NCBI GenBank assembly: GCA_951406725.2
Contig: OX597815.1
Coordinates: 135,222,001-135,286,000 of the forward strand
Reading direction: 5' to 3'
DNA: 64,000 nt
From: Octopus vulgaris
Taxonomy: Eukaryota
Shown: one piece after another, positions 13,591 to 26,268 of the stretch
How the letters are laid out: the number at the start of each line of letters is the position of its first letter
Position numbering within the stretch: position 1 is the first letter of the stretch
Program-made: the position numbers and the translations under genes
The notes under the pieces: model-generated
Told to the model about the DNA's origin: nothing
What the model saw: the letters and a program-made list of their open reading frames with translations, nothing else
Databases searched by the model: none

Positions 13591-13592
<2 letters not shown>
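13360..13592 (+). mobile_element. ~230-bp hammerhead-bearing element (Penelope-like pLTR or retrozyme-like), between (TA)n tracts
   Basis: Unique segment bounded by (TA)n on both sides; contains a hammerhead core. Confidence 0.55.
13403..13463 (+). ncRNA. Type I hammerhead ribozyme motif
   Basis: CTGAAGA 13409-15; stem II AGGG/CCCT plus AATTC/GAATT; GAAA 13442-45; stem III ATTGG/CCAAT; triplet AUA 13455-57; stem I TTATCG/CAGTAA with one mismatch and one G.U. Confidence 0.75.
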
Positions 13593-13625
<33 letters not shown>

Positions 13626-13629
<4 letters not shown>

Positions 13630-13740
13630 AAGGGCATCCAGCTGTAGAAGCTCTGCCAGACTAGACTGGGGCCTGGTGCAGCTGCCATCCGACCCATGCC
13701 AGCTTGACAAACGGATGTTAATCAATGATGATGATGATGA
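13626..13740 (+). mobile_element. Short, internally deleted family-A tail
   Basis: AGGAAGGGCATCCAGCTGTAGAA...CCCATGCCAGC...(GAT)n. Confidence 0.8.
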
Positions 13741-13744
13741 TATA

Positions 13745-14050
13745 CAACATCTGCTTTCCATGCTGGCATGGGTTAGACAGTTTAACTGGAACTGGTAAAC
13801 CGGAGAGCTGCACCAAGCTCCAGTCTTTTTTGGCTTGATTTCAACAGCTGGAAGCTCTGCCTAACATCAACCATTCTAGTGAGCTGGATGTCATTTACAT
13901 TTCACCAGTGCAGGGTACCATCTATATGTCACTGGTATGGATGCCTTTTACGTGTCACCAGCACAAGTGCCTTTCCCATGACCCAAGCACAGGTGCCTTT
14001 ACTGTGACACCAGTACGAGTGCCTTTTATATGTAACTGGCATGGGTACCT
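13745..14050 (-). mobile_element. Family-A tail with short (~26-bp) module array, tail-to-tail with the previous copy
   Basis: TTTCCATGCTGGCATGGGTT then repeated GTGCCTTTTA..GTG.CACCAG.AC units. Confidence 0.75.
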
Positions 14051-14467
14051 GTGTGTGTGTTCATAAAACAAGAAGGTAGGATTTGAGGGGGATTTCGTTG
14101 CTAGTTCTTTATCAGATTGAATACCATGTCGATGCTTTCTCATTGTCTTATGCATATGTAAAATGGACTGATTTCAGAAGTCAAAGAGAATGGAGAAAAA
14201 GGAGTGCATTAGAAGAAATGTTTAGACTATTTTGTCAGAATTACAAAAATTTTAAAGAACTGCTACTGTACATATCAAATTAAGTGTTATAAAAAATCTT
14301 CAACATCATTTGCTGAATAATAATATACATTTTTTTTTTTTATTATTTGTGTTCATTTAGTAGTATCATAATAAAATACACCCATGCATACAGAAAACTC
14401 ACGTTCTGGTTCAATGCAATGCATTAAGTTATTAAAATTAAGTCATTTTATCACCATCATCTCTCTC

Positions 14468-14500
<33 letters not shown>

Positions 14501-14501
14501 A

Positions 14502-14547
<46 letters not shown>

Positions 14548-14774
14548 TACATACATGTGTATGTATATGAAAGATTGATAATTTGCTGTGTTTGACAAAA
14601 TTTGTCCATCTGTGCAAAAATGAGGCCCTAAAAGCATATCACTTATGTCTATACTTGTGAACCCAATCTGTCCCTATATTAAGTCTTTCCCCTATTATTC
14701 ATCTTCTGAACATCCATTCCTGCTTCACTCTTCCGACTACAGCAATATTCACTTAGCTGCTGCAATTATCATTT

Positions 14775-14982
14775 CTACAATAGCCACAAGGCCTGAAATT
14801 TTGGTGGAGAGGGCTAGCTAATTACGTCATCCCCAATGCTTTACTGGTACCTAATTTATCAACCCCAAAATGATGAGAGGCAAAGTCAACTTTGTTGGTG
14901 TTTGGACTTAGACTATAATGATGGATGAAATGTGACTAGGCATTTTGTCCAGTGTGCTAACAATTCTGCCAGCTTGCCACCT
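14775..14982 (-). mobile_element. Degenerate family-C SINE
   Basis: actggtacctaatttatcaaccccaaaatgatgagaggcaaagtcaac matches 9063-9110. Confidence 0.7.
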
Positions 14983-15619
14983 TGACTCGGCTCTAGTTAT
15001 TATATGACAACAGAACTGCACATATTTTGTTGCCCCTTTGGTGTTACCATTTATTTCTCTCTCAGAAACCACTTCCTTCATCACCCACATTCCCAGTATC
15101 ATTCCTTACCCCATTTTTCCAACTGAATGCTTTTTTTTTACTCCACTTTCCCTTGTATACAATATCATTCTGCCAGAGAAAGCCCCCCATCACCACTCCT
15201 TTCATCCACCACTATTTCCATGTCTATGTACATCTAACCACATCCCAAACACTGTACACCTATCTCACACAAACCCCAAAACACACTTCACATCGTCTTT
15301 GTTGCTTCCTATTACCTCCCTGGCCCAATCCTATTTCCTCTATTTTCCTGGCAAACTGCTACCCACTGACCTTGTGTGATGCTCTGGTTCCACTTCTCTT
15401 ATATTCACCTTCCTGTAAATTGAGGATATACCATGACATAATCTCAAAGGTATGCTCATTACTATTATCATCTATCTTTTTCTAGCTGGAGTAGCCATGT
15501 ATCTGTTCCTCCCTTTATATCATACTTTAAACTCTCGTCACTGGCATAAAATCACATCCCCCTATACTTCACCCCAACTCAGTGAGGGTGTATTGTCTTG
15601 AGAGTTACTTGCTGACCTC

Positions 15620-15826
15620 ACTAGTGCAAGAGCCATGAATAAAATACTTACTATGTTCAGTAAAATAGTTAGCAATAAAAAGGACATCAAGGCGTTGAAA
15701 CCCTGCCAAAGCAGACATTGGAGTTCAGTGCAGTACACTGGCTTGTTGGTTCCTGTCATACCATCTAACGCATGCCAGCATGGAAAATGGACATTAAGCA
15801 ATGACAAAGATGATAATGATGATGAT
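15620..15826 (+). mobile_element. Degenerate family-A tail
   Basis: catgccagcatggaaaatggacattaag..(gat)n. Confidence 0.65.
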
Positions 15827-15846
15827 ACAATAGTTTGCCAGGTGGG

Positions 15847-15884
<38 letters not shown>

Positions 15885-15885
<1 letters not shown>

Positions 15886-16257
15886 TAGCAGTATCGCCCA
15901 GCGTTGCTGGGGTTTGTAAGGGAAATAACTATAAAGCATTATTAGAGAGTTATAGCCAAAAAATGGGGAAAAAATGATGGTAAATTTTTTTTTTTAGTTA
16001 AAAAGGTCGAGTTGCGTCCCCTAGACAGTCTGTGGTTTGTGTTTCTGATTCTCGACCCCATGTCGAATTTATCGATTTTTTTCAGAACTGGGGGAACTTT
16101 TCAAAATTGTCGCTGCGTTAGTTTTGAATTATGACATTGGGCTATGTGTGTGTCAAGTTTCATCAGAATCGGTTGAAAGCCGTGGTCAGGGTGAGGGTAC
16201 AACCTAACAGACACACAGAAACACACACAGACAAACTGCCGTTTATATACATAGAGA
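15885..16257 (-). mobile_element. Non-autonomous Helitron, 373 bp, intact ends
   Basis: Minus strand begins TC (A|TCTCTATG) and ends CTAG|T; perfect hairpin CCCAGC-gtt-GCTGGG at 15897-15911, 12 bp from the end; no TSD; inserted in (TA)n. Confidence 0.85.
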
Positions 16258-16267
16258 TATATATATA

Positions 16268-16403
16268 TCATCATCGTTTAACGTCCGCTTTCCATGCTAG
16301 CATGGGTTGGACGGTTCAACTGGGGTCTGGCAAGCCCGAAGGCTGCACCAGGCCAGTCAGATCTGGCAGTGTTTCTACAGCTGGATGCCCTTCCTAACGC
16401 CAA
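16268..16403 (-). mobile_element. Young 5'-truncated family-A tail
   Basis: Differs from 51694-51829 at about one position by eye. Confidence 0.9.
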
Positions 16404-17505
16404 AGACGTTATATATATAAACACCTGTCAAACTATCTTCCTACAAAAAGTCAAGAGAGTCACTTTCGGTGACTCATTTGACGCTGTGCAACTTTTACAT
16501 TACATTTCCAGATGAATATGGATTACAATCAATCATGTTGTGGTTTGATAAATGTCTTGACAGGATGCCTAAACAAGGAATAAAATTAACTACGTCAATA
16601 TTTACAAGGAAACAATAGTTGCCCAAACATATGTCAGTTTATTCATGGCATACTTGGAAGTCCAAATATACAAAAATGCCAGATTAACATACAGGAACAA
16701 CACTCATAAATATTTATGGCAGAACTAGGAGCAATACTGAGATGGTTACTTTTTTTGTTTTGATCAACTTAATGAGTTTAAAACTCTAATTTATATTATA
16801 ATCAACAATATTCATTTATCAATAAAATATATTCAAAAGTAATTACTATTTATGAATATTTTTATTGTTGAAAAAGTTGCAAATATCAAAAATAACATCC
16901 ACTTTCAATGAAAAGACACAAAATAATGTTTGTTTTGCATTTCACACCATCCAAAACATACAAGAACAAATATACCAATTTAACGTTGCAAGAAAAATCT
17001 GTGCAGTATGTTGAATTTTGAAACTCAGAATAAACATCTTTGAGAATTAAAGAGAATACTACTTGAAAGATAGTATATAAATAATATTAATTAGTAAAGA
17101 ACATGATAAAGCATGTTCTTTTATTCAAGAATTACAAAGAAGAAGAAAATACTTCTGACACACTTCATACTCTAACTTATATACCAACATACAATCCAGA
17201 AAAATACAGAAGCATATATCATCCATTTGAATATTTGAATTCTGAGGAAAGATCCAAGACATGTCATAGCTTGGATCTCAAAAGACATGGAATAATTAAA
17301 CCAAAATCCATAATAATATAAAAAATTACTTAGAAGAGCCAATTTACCCACCTTAGTAAAAATATAACTCCAACAGTTAAAAGTGTGGTCTTCTTAATTA
17401 TAGAATCTGTCATAATCTTATTGAATAGGTTATTAAATGTAATCCTTATAATACAATGGAGAAAGCAGTAAATGAGCAGTGAGATATAAATATATACAAA
17501 GGTTA

Positions 17506-18744
17506 TATGGGTTATACCAAAAGTAATGCCTGTGAGCATAACTTCTTTTTATTGATATAAGTCATTCAAATTGCATATGTTGGTAGAGCAACCCTTACCT
17601 ATATGAAGGTATTATTCAACGTCTCCATTACAATTGATGCACATGTGCCATCATTGAACCCAACTCTTGAATCATCTTTGAAAAAATTCCATTGTGCCCA
17701 CATCTTCATGACCACTTTCACTACATCTGTGACCTTAAATTGTTTTCTCCGAAAACAGCCCTTCATTGAACCAAACAAGTGGAAGTCAACAGGCAACAAT
17801 CATGAATAGAGGACCACTGACCAACTCAATTTTAGCAATTGCCTAATTTCTTGTAAACACAGATCCTTTGCCTAATTTCTTGCAAATACAGATCCTTTGT
17901 AAATTCTTGTTGGTCTGTTCCTCCTAATGGCATCCAAGCTTTTTGAATGTCTCAAAGTACTGTTCGCTGTTCACACTCCAGAAAATCAAGGAGAATGATG
18001 GCATTGTTATCCCAATAAACAGTAACAATATCTTTCTGTGACAGTTACTGGCTTTTGGACTTCTTAGGCTTTGGAGGAAAGGTGTGATATCATTCCATGT
18101 ATTGAGCTTCCATTTCTGCATCATAAAAACACAGCCACGTTTAATCCCCTGTGATCAGATCAGGAAAATGTTTCCATATTGACTTCAGCTGTTTCCAGCA
18201 GATATGAACAGACTTCTACTCATCTCTCCTCAAACTGGGAGTCAACTGCTAAGGTACTCATATTGTACACACTTTGCAATATCTAAAGTTTCCCACCATC
18301 CTTTTTAATGTATTGTGATCACAGTCTATCTGAACAGCAAGCTCAGACTACTGTGAGTTGTCTGCCCATGTAGATCAATACATCCACTCACTAACAAATC
18401 ATTTCAATAGTCACAGTTGATGTTATCCAACAGCAGGGATTTTCTTTAATGCTGATTTCATTTTTAAACTTCTTCATCCAACTGTGCACATTGCTCTTGT
18501 CAATGGTTTCGTCTCTGTTAATAATTTGTAGCCTTCTGTGGATGTCAGATAACAAGCAACCATCCTTCATCAAAAACTCAACGACAGCCTGTTACTTCAG
18601 CTCAGAACCCAGTATTTGTCTGCGACAAAGAACAAAAAGAAGAAGAGGAAGTGTTACTCTACCAACATGTGCAGTTTGAATGACCCATGTCAGTGACTAA
18701 AAGTGCTATGCCTACTTTCGCATTATTTCCAGTACAACTCTTGT
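17506..18744 (-). mobile_element. Decayed mariner (Tc1/mariner) transposon with transposase pseudogene
   Basis: N-terminal HTH IHRRLQ..DETIDKSNVHSWMKKFK (18391-18573); SVNSEQYFETFKKL; C-terminal PVDFHLFGSMKG..RRKQF (17599-17799); degenerate TIRs gggttataccaaaagtaatgc / gcattatttccagtacaactc; length typical of mariner. Confidence 0.85.
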
Positions 18745-19699
18745 CATTTTCACTTCAGCAATCTTCTTGCTTAGTCTAAAGTCAATAGAAAAATTTTAAT
18801 TGCAATTTAATATATTTTCATAAAAATGTAGTTTTATGGTCAATTTTCAAAGCTTCATCATAGTTATCATCTTTTCAGTCGGATTTTATGAATAAATCTT
18901 ATCTATTGTAATGTCTTCTTTCTGTCTCTATCTTTAAATCTTTTAAATATTTTTTTTTGTTTCTTCTGGACTTCAATTGTTTTGGTTGTTGTTGTTGTTG
19001 ATTTCATTTGCATTGTTGTTCATGTTATTTTTTCTGATTATAGGTGCTATTTTTGGTTGCAACAACAATTTTTTTTTGCTGTTGTTATTCCTGTTTGTGT
19101 AGTTTTGTTAAATTATCATTGTGTTGTTGCTCATTTTCGTATTGGTGTTTAATGTGAGCAGGCATGATTATCTCAGATATGTTATGATACTGTTATTGTT
19201 TAAGATAGGAGAGTGTGGTTACAGGGACATTTAGCAGGAATATACTAGTTGAAATTATTCAATCAATGAATGATATCAACTGTGTTTAATCTAGACACAA
19301 GGCGTCCAATTTAGAGGAGGGATGATAGAATTAGTCAATCACACCACTTCCTCTGAATATTTGACTGGCATTTTATTTTATTGATACTGGAAAAAAGAAA
19401 AGCAAAGCTGACCACAGCAGGGTTTGAACTTAGAACATAGAGTCAGAACAATTCCACAAGGTATAACACCAATCTCAATAATAATGTTTCTGTAATAATA
19501 ATTCTAAATAAATGAATACATTCTTGGAATTTGTCACATTATATTCAAAACTGCAATGTACATGAGTAATATGGTATATTATTTCTACTGTTTAATTATC
19601 CACACACTAATAGAGATAAGCAAAGTCAGTTATTTACTGTTTAAAATGACCAAATGCATCCACCAACTCATCAGCCTAGTTTTATTGGTGGATGAAATT

Positions 19700-19915
19700 T
19701 CTTTTGCTTGTTTCAGTCAATTGACCATGGCCTTGCTGGAGCACTGCCTTTAGTCGAGCAAATCGACCCCAGGACTTATTCTTTGTAAGCCTAGTACTTA
19801 TTCTATCGGTCTCTTTTGCCGAACCGCTAAGTTACGGGGACGTAAACACACCACCATTGATTGTCAAGCAATGTTGGTGGGGGTACAAACACAGTCACAC
19901 AAACATATACACACA

Positions 19916-19973
<58 letters not shown>

Positions 19974-20050
19974 TATATACGACGAGCTTCTTTCAGTTTC
20001 TGTGTACCAAATCCACTCACAAGGCTTTGGTCGGCCTGAAGCCTGAAGCT
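19700..20050 (-). mobile_element. Family-B SINE lacking the tRNA head, with expanded (CA)n
   Basis: Matches 2941-3200; directly abuts the next copy. Confidence 0.85.
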
Positions 20051-20441
20051 ATACTCTTTTATTTGTTCCAGTCATTTGACTGCAGCCATGCTGGAGCAAT
20101 GCCTTTAGTCGAGTAAATTGACCCCAGGACTTATTCTTTGTAAGCCTAGTACTTATTCTATCAGTCTCTTTTGCTGAACTGCTAAGTTACGGGGACGTAA
20201 ACACACCACCATTGGTTTTCAAGCAATGGTAGGGGGACAAACACAGACACACAAACATATACACACATACATATATACGACGGGCTTCTTCCTGTTTCCG
20301 TCTACCAAATCCACTCACAAGGCTGTGGTCGGCCTGAAGCTATAGCAGAAGACACTTGCCCTAGGTGCCACGAAGTGGGACTGAACCTGGAACCATGTGG
20401 TTGGTAAGCAAGCTACTTACCACACAGCCTCTCCTATGCCT
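20051..20441 (-). mobile_element. Family-B SINE, full length
   Basis: A-box and B-box (GGTTCAGTCCC) head, body and TACTCTTTTA-type tail. Confidence 0.9.
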
Positions 20442-22329
20442 ATAGTCCTATATTATTCAAGTTATTGAATAATTCAGGATTGCTAACAGTGATGGTCAAT
20501 GAATATGAGGATAATATTTTGTAAGTACTGGTCCTCATAAGTGAAGTTGAACTCAGTTATGCAAGTCAAGGAAGCTTTTGGTAACATTACTATGCTTCTA
20601 CAGCATTCAGCAGCAAGTCATTACTAATGGTGGTACCTATTTGCTGGCCATTGGACTGGGCTGTTTGGAAGTGATACATATGCTTTTACCAGATACACAG
20701 TAGCTTTTTAGAAAAAAGAAAGTAAATGAGTTTGTTATTTAATTCCAGGACAGCACTGATCAAACATACTTATAATCTAGCATACAAAGGTGTTCAAGCT
20801 ATGACATCCAATCTTTTAATAAAATATACTGCATCTAGGGCTACATTATCCAAAGAGTCTTTGTATTTCAGGAGGATACATTGTCTATATACCAACAGAC
20901 ATCAATGTGAGACTTGTAAAAATGTTTGTATATTATTAAGCTAGTTAATTTGCATGTTTAAAAATCACAATCAAAGAATGGAAAAATGTCTTTTTTTTCT
21001 CCCTTATTGCTTCTCTACTTTTATTCTTCCAAACAAGATTGGTTGAGATGTCTTTTTGTTCTTTTAAGAACAGCTGTTTTTTTTCACAGCTCTTTCTAAA
21101 CAATTGTCCACTTGAATTATAAATAGTGCTCATGTACAAAAATGTGTGGCATGGAAGTATTTTCTCAATGACAAAATAGTTGGGCAGACTCTGCTCTTAA
21201 ATATTTATAAATCCAAAAATATTTAGATGAATTTAGCATGTCACATAACAAATCATAAATTTGCATTTTTAAATTTTAAATCTTGAATATTCATTGCTGT
21301 AAATATAACTGTAAAATTAACTAAAGGAGATAACACAAGTGGGCCAATGTAAAATCTATTATAAGTTGATAAATGCATGTATGAGCAGACTAGTCCATGG
21401 TGATCAATCTCAGCTAACACCAAAACATGTTTAAAGCTAATCCCTTGCTTGCAAACAAAGATCAAATTTTCTTGTATGCAAATAAATTTTGTGAAATTGA
21501 TTCTTAATTTTTTTGAAATTATCTCTCCTTTTCTTTGAGAGTTGTTAACGATTGCAACTATGTTTCTTCTTTTTCTCTCTAACTAGGAGGGGAAAATGCA
21601 ATTAATTCAAAATTATTTTCATATGCCATTCAGTACATTACCCCTTAACATATTTAATATCAAATTAGGATATTTATTACATGAATTATACATAAAGCAT
21701 TGTTTAAAAAATGCATTTAAAAAGCTTAATTTGGTACATTCATAGATTAAATATGATACATATGTAGGCATATGTAGGTATATATAATACACTGCTAAAG
21801 GAAATAAGTTTAGAACTCTTTTTTTTTCTTCCTTTTTGTCAAATAAAGCAAACAGCAGCAATCAGGCAGAGATTTTCTTTCTTCTTCAGGAGTAAACAAA
21901 ATAGCTCCTGAGCCAACAATATAGATTCTACATGCTAGAAACAGCAACTACATCTCACTCAAATCATGCATACAGTTTTACATAAGACAAGGTAATACTG
22001 AGTTACGCAAAAACAAAAATACAATAATAGCAAGGACTAATATTTGAACTTGCAACCATATTGTAGTGGTCTAGCACTTTAAACCAAGATATTTTTAAAG
22101 GAATCAAGTCATGGAATGTAGAATAGTCTCAAAGAAACACATCAGAAGATCAAAAAGAGACATTTCTGATAATTTGAAATTATGATTTTTATTTTACCTC
22201 GTAGTTTTGTAAGGAAAGCTGAGCTCATAATCTTTGCATGGCCTCTAAGTCTAATGGGTCATGTGGCCTAGTTGTATGACATAGCAGCTTAAATTTACTT
22301 CCACTCTTCAAGAAATAGCTGGCCGGCTT

Positions 22330-22600
22330 CAGCTTCATGAGGCTGGGGATAATTCCAAGTTACTGGCCCCAGAAGTGTCATCATGTGTAGAGCTGACCAG
22401 GTTCACTAGTGCTCTCCATTGATGGTGGTATCGTGCCAGCCCCTCAGTATCCTCCAAGGTGACATTAAACTTTTGGAGGTCTTTGCTAATCACGTCCAGC
22501 CATCTGGTGTGGAGCTTGCTGCAAGGCCTCTTCCCACCCAAAGCTGTTGCACTGAATGAGAATAAAGACCCGATAGGATGATCTAGTGGGAGGCATTTTG
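22330..22600 (-). mobile_element. 3' end of a second RTE-clade LINE family
   Basis: GGKRPCSKLHTRWLDVISKDL..EGLARYHHQWRALV fits the RTE C-terminal 'GKRPRGRPRxRWxD...A.DR..WR..V'; second copy at ~49815-49950. Confidence 0.75.
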
Positions 22601-24819
22601 TAATAATAATTAAACTTCAAGTAACTGTAGTTTCCTTTAAATGCACCCTTCTCAAAGTCATAGCTATAGTAGAAGTTGAAACTAAGCCTTCATAATTTTA
22701 CAGCATTCAGTTATTCTCTTGTAGAGATGAGATAGCCACAAAATAAAGTATCAGTCTACCAACTGATGGTAGAAGGGTTCAAATGCAATGCTGATGTTTT
22801 ATAGTATATTCATGACGGAAAACATTGTAGTAATTCATACAATATTTTAGGCATAAATATAGATCTCATATCAGACCAACCAGAGTTCACCAGCTATCTG
22901 GGCATAAGTTGCCACTGAAACTTAGAATCTCATTGTAAATGTAAAAGCTGTAGACAATGCCTTATGTGTGTATGAATGTGCAATAACAATGTGAGCAGGC
23001 ATAGCCAAATGATGTTCTTTTTGATACAGGTGTGGTCAGTTAAGTTTGCTTTTCAATCAAGAGAATTCAGGTTCAATCTTACTCAGTGGCAATTTGTAAA
23101 AGTGACTTCTAATAGCCTTAGATTGAACTAAATCTTATGAATGAAACTAAGTAGATAAAAAGTGTGGAAGCTTATTGGACAAACTCTAGCTGAAATTCAA
23201 AAGAGGATTTTGTTACATACCATATCATACTGTCTGAGGATTGTATTAAGTGAACCTGTAGTGGTTAAATACTTATCCATGTTCACAACAAATTTAACGA
23301 GTATGTAATTCCATCAAGACGGATAACAAGAATGCTCATTTATCAAAACCAACAAGGCATCCTTGATGCAAAAACAGGCAAGACTTTATTCTATGCTCAG
23401 ATTACACCATACATGGAGAATCCACCATAAGATGTAAATTTTCTGAAGCTACGATTTAAAACACTTTATATGGTTATGTCATGAAAAAACCCATTGCAGT
23501 ATAACTGACTTGGATCTTAATGATACAAGGAAACAAAATACCATCTGTATTACCATCAGCAACATAAAAATGATATCCTTATCACCAGCTGCATAAACAT
23601 AACACTTTGCAATATTCACTTATTTATCAATTTATTTTGAATATGTCAACTTCAAAAGTATTATTATGTTAAATACCTTTTATGATCCCTTATTTTTATT
23701 TGAATTCAAGAAGTAACTTAACTATTGCCAATAAATAGCAACAACATTTTGATGTTGAGTAACTTTATATATAAGTTTATCATAAACATGGTTGTATTCC
23801 TAAAACACGTTAATAAAAATGGTGTACCAGCCAACGCTGATACGAAGAACAAGTAATTATGGTGATGCTACACCAGAAGTTTTATTAACAATAAATTCCT
23901 TAGGAGAGCACTCTGAAGATATTTGTCACTCTCTTTCTAAGACAGTTATTTCTTAGTGATATATAAAGTAACAATTTCTTTCCTCAGTCTGTTCTAGACA
24001 ATTTATGTACCTATCACTCATGATGTCCTTGTGTCTAAACAAATAACTGTTCTTAGTTTAAGAGTAGTCAACAAGGTAAAAATTACTGAAACATCTGAAT
24101 TTCTTACGAGGTAATTTGAAGTAAATATTCTATATTTTCTAAATGCAGTGTATTTGGGACTAAGTATAAAGTATGAATTTATGGTATGACTGTTGAATAA
24201 TTGTCTAGTCTTAGTAATTAAATATCTTGCTTAGATTAAATAAACTTTCTACAGCCTAGGTTCAGTTCTCTCTCTCTCACACTCTCATATATGTATCTTA
24301 AAATTGTTACTATTATCATTATTATTTGGATTGTCTTTTGTAACTCAGCCAAATAATCTATAGTCTTTGGTTTCGACAGAAAATCAGACAAACAGAAAAA
24401 AATTAATGAATAAAGAACAAAAACATAATGAATAATGATCTATACGAAGATGCATGTGGGTGAAGAGCGATAGATTGACAGACAGATATCAAAATGTAGG
24501 CCATTTCATAGAGAGAGAAGCAAGATGAGTGAAAAAATCAAAAGGCACAGACAGAAGTCAGATTGTCAGAAAGAGGTCAACACATAAAAAGAGATGCAGA
24601 TGTAGACAGACACACAAACATACACAGAAACAAACATGCAAATACTGTATTATGTACAATCTGACAGACACACACACACGTTTACATAATGGTTATTGGT
24701 TTACTTTGCACACCTGTTGCTAGTATTCAGGTCAATGGATATCATTATCATCACCATCATTCTCTTTAGAGCCATATCATTATCGACAACAGTAGAAGCA
24801 AAACAAGAATGCTATAACA

Positions 24820-25240
24820 GTGAGTTATATTTTAGAGTTGGATAATCACCAGGGATATGTATTATCATCTGGCTGAATCCACTATAGCAACTCATTCAGT
24901 GGCCACCACTAGATCCAACAAGTGTACAGGAACAGATTACAGAGTTGTGGAAATGCAACATATCCAGATGATCAGATTGCATTCTGTAATGATGACCAGC
25001 ATGAAAGGCAGAACAAGTGACCTGGTTGTTAAAGGTGACTGAACTCATATGGACATAGAATAGATACAAGACAATGAGTATTCAGAGACAGAAATGTAAA
25101 ATCTTCTTCAAGGAAACTGCTGTGAATGTTTCAGAATGAGGAATAACTAAGAAGAAATAGAGAGGTCAAATCTCAGCTCACTGGACATTAAAAAAGTGAT
25201 TGCAAAAAGCTGATACGATTGGTCATAAGCTGAATGTATG
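24820..25240 (+). mobile_element. Old RTE reverse transcriptase remnant
   Basis: Degenerate HQGYVLS (HQGSVLS) and YPDDQI (YADDxx) motifs in the expected order. Confidence 0.4.
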
Positions 25241-25268
25241 ACTTAAACAATCACATCATTAAAATACT

Positions 25269-25313
<45 letters not shown>

Positions 25314-25317
25314 CAAA

Positions 25318-25562
25318 ATCATCATTTAATGTCCACTCTCCATTCTGACATGGGTTGGACGGTTTGACTGAAGACTGGCAAGCCAGGAGGCTGCATCAGC
25401 CTCCAATCTGATCTGGCATGGTTTCTACAGCTAGATGCCCTTCCTAACGCCAACCACTTCGAGAATGTAGTGGGTGCTCTTTCTGTGCCAGTGGCATGGG
25501 AGCTGATTAAGCAGCACTAGCATCGCTCACACTTGAATGGTGCTTTTTACATGTCACTGGCA
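25318..25562 (-). mobile_element. Family-A tail (left arm of an inverted pair)
   Basis: Family-A core plus 2 modules. Confidence 0.85.
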
Positions 25563-25806
25563 TGTATGTATATATGGATATATGTATATATATGGATATG
25601 GATATATGTATATATATGCGGGTATACGTATATATGTGTATATATATGCATATGTATATATATATATGCATATACATATATATATGTATATATATATGTA
25701 TATATATATATGTATGCATGTATATATATACATATGCATGTATATATATACATATGCATGTATATATATACATATGCATGTATATATATATATATATATA
25801 TACACA
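25563..25806. repeat. Complex (TA)n/(CATATGCATGTATATATATA)n microsatellite-minisatellite
   Basis: Direct reading; three ~20-bp units at ~25715-25790. Confidence 0.9.
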
Positions 25807-25811
25807 CATGT

Positions 25812-25976
25812 GGTACACTCACGGAGTGGTTGGCGTTAGGAAGGGCATCCAGCTGTAGAAACATTGCCAGATAAGACTAGAGCCTGGTGCAGCCTTCTGG
25901 CTTCCCAGATCCCCGGTCGAACCGTCCAAACCACGCTAGCATGGAGAATGGACGTTAAACGATGATGATGATGATG
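25812..25976 (+). mobile_element. Family-A tail (right arm of an inverted pair)
   Basis: GTGGTTGGCGTTAGGAAGGGCATCC...GGACGTTAAAC(GAT)n. Confidence 0.9.
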
Positions 25977-26217
25977 TATATGGTGGCTGCCCCCTTGTTA
26001 TCGAGTATGGCCATTGCATGAAACTTAATCAATGTTGTTATCGTGCAATGCCTGTGCATTCTCTCTGTATATATATATATACATACATACATATATATAT
26101 ATTTACACACATATCTATACACACACACACATATATACATACATATCTATATACGCACACAAATATATAAACACATATCTATATACACACATTATCTATC
26201 TACCTATATATACATAC

Positions 26218-26268
<51 letters not shown>

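Noticed and set aside
15027-15485. 152-aa and 113-aa ORFs
   Set aside because: Pyrimidine-rich low-complexity sequence; no recognisable domain or splice support
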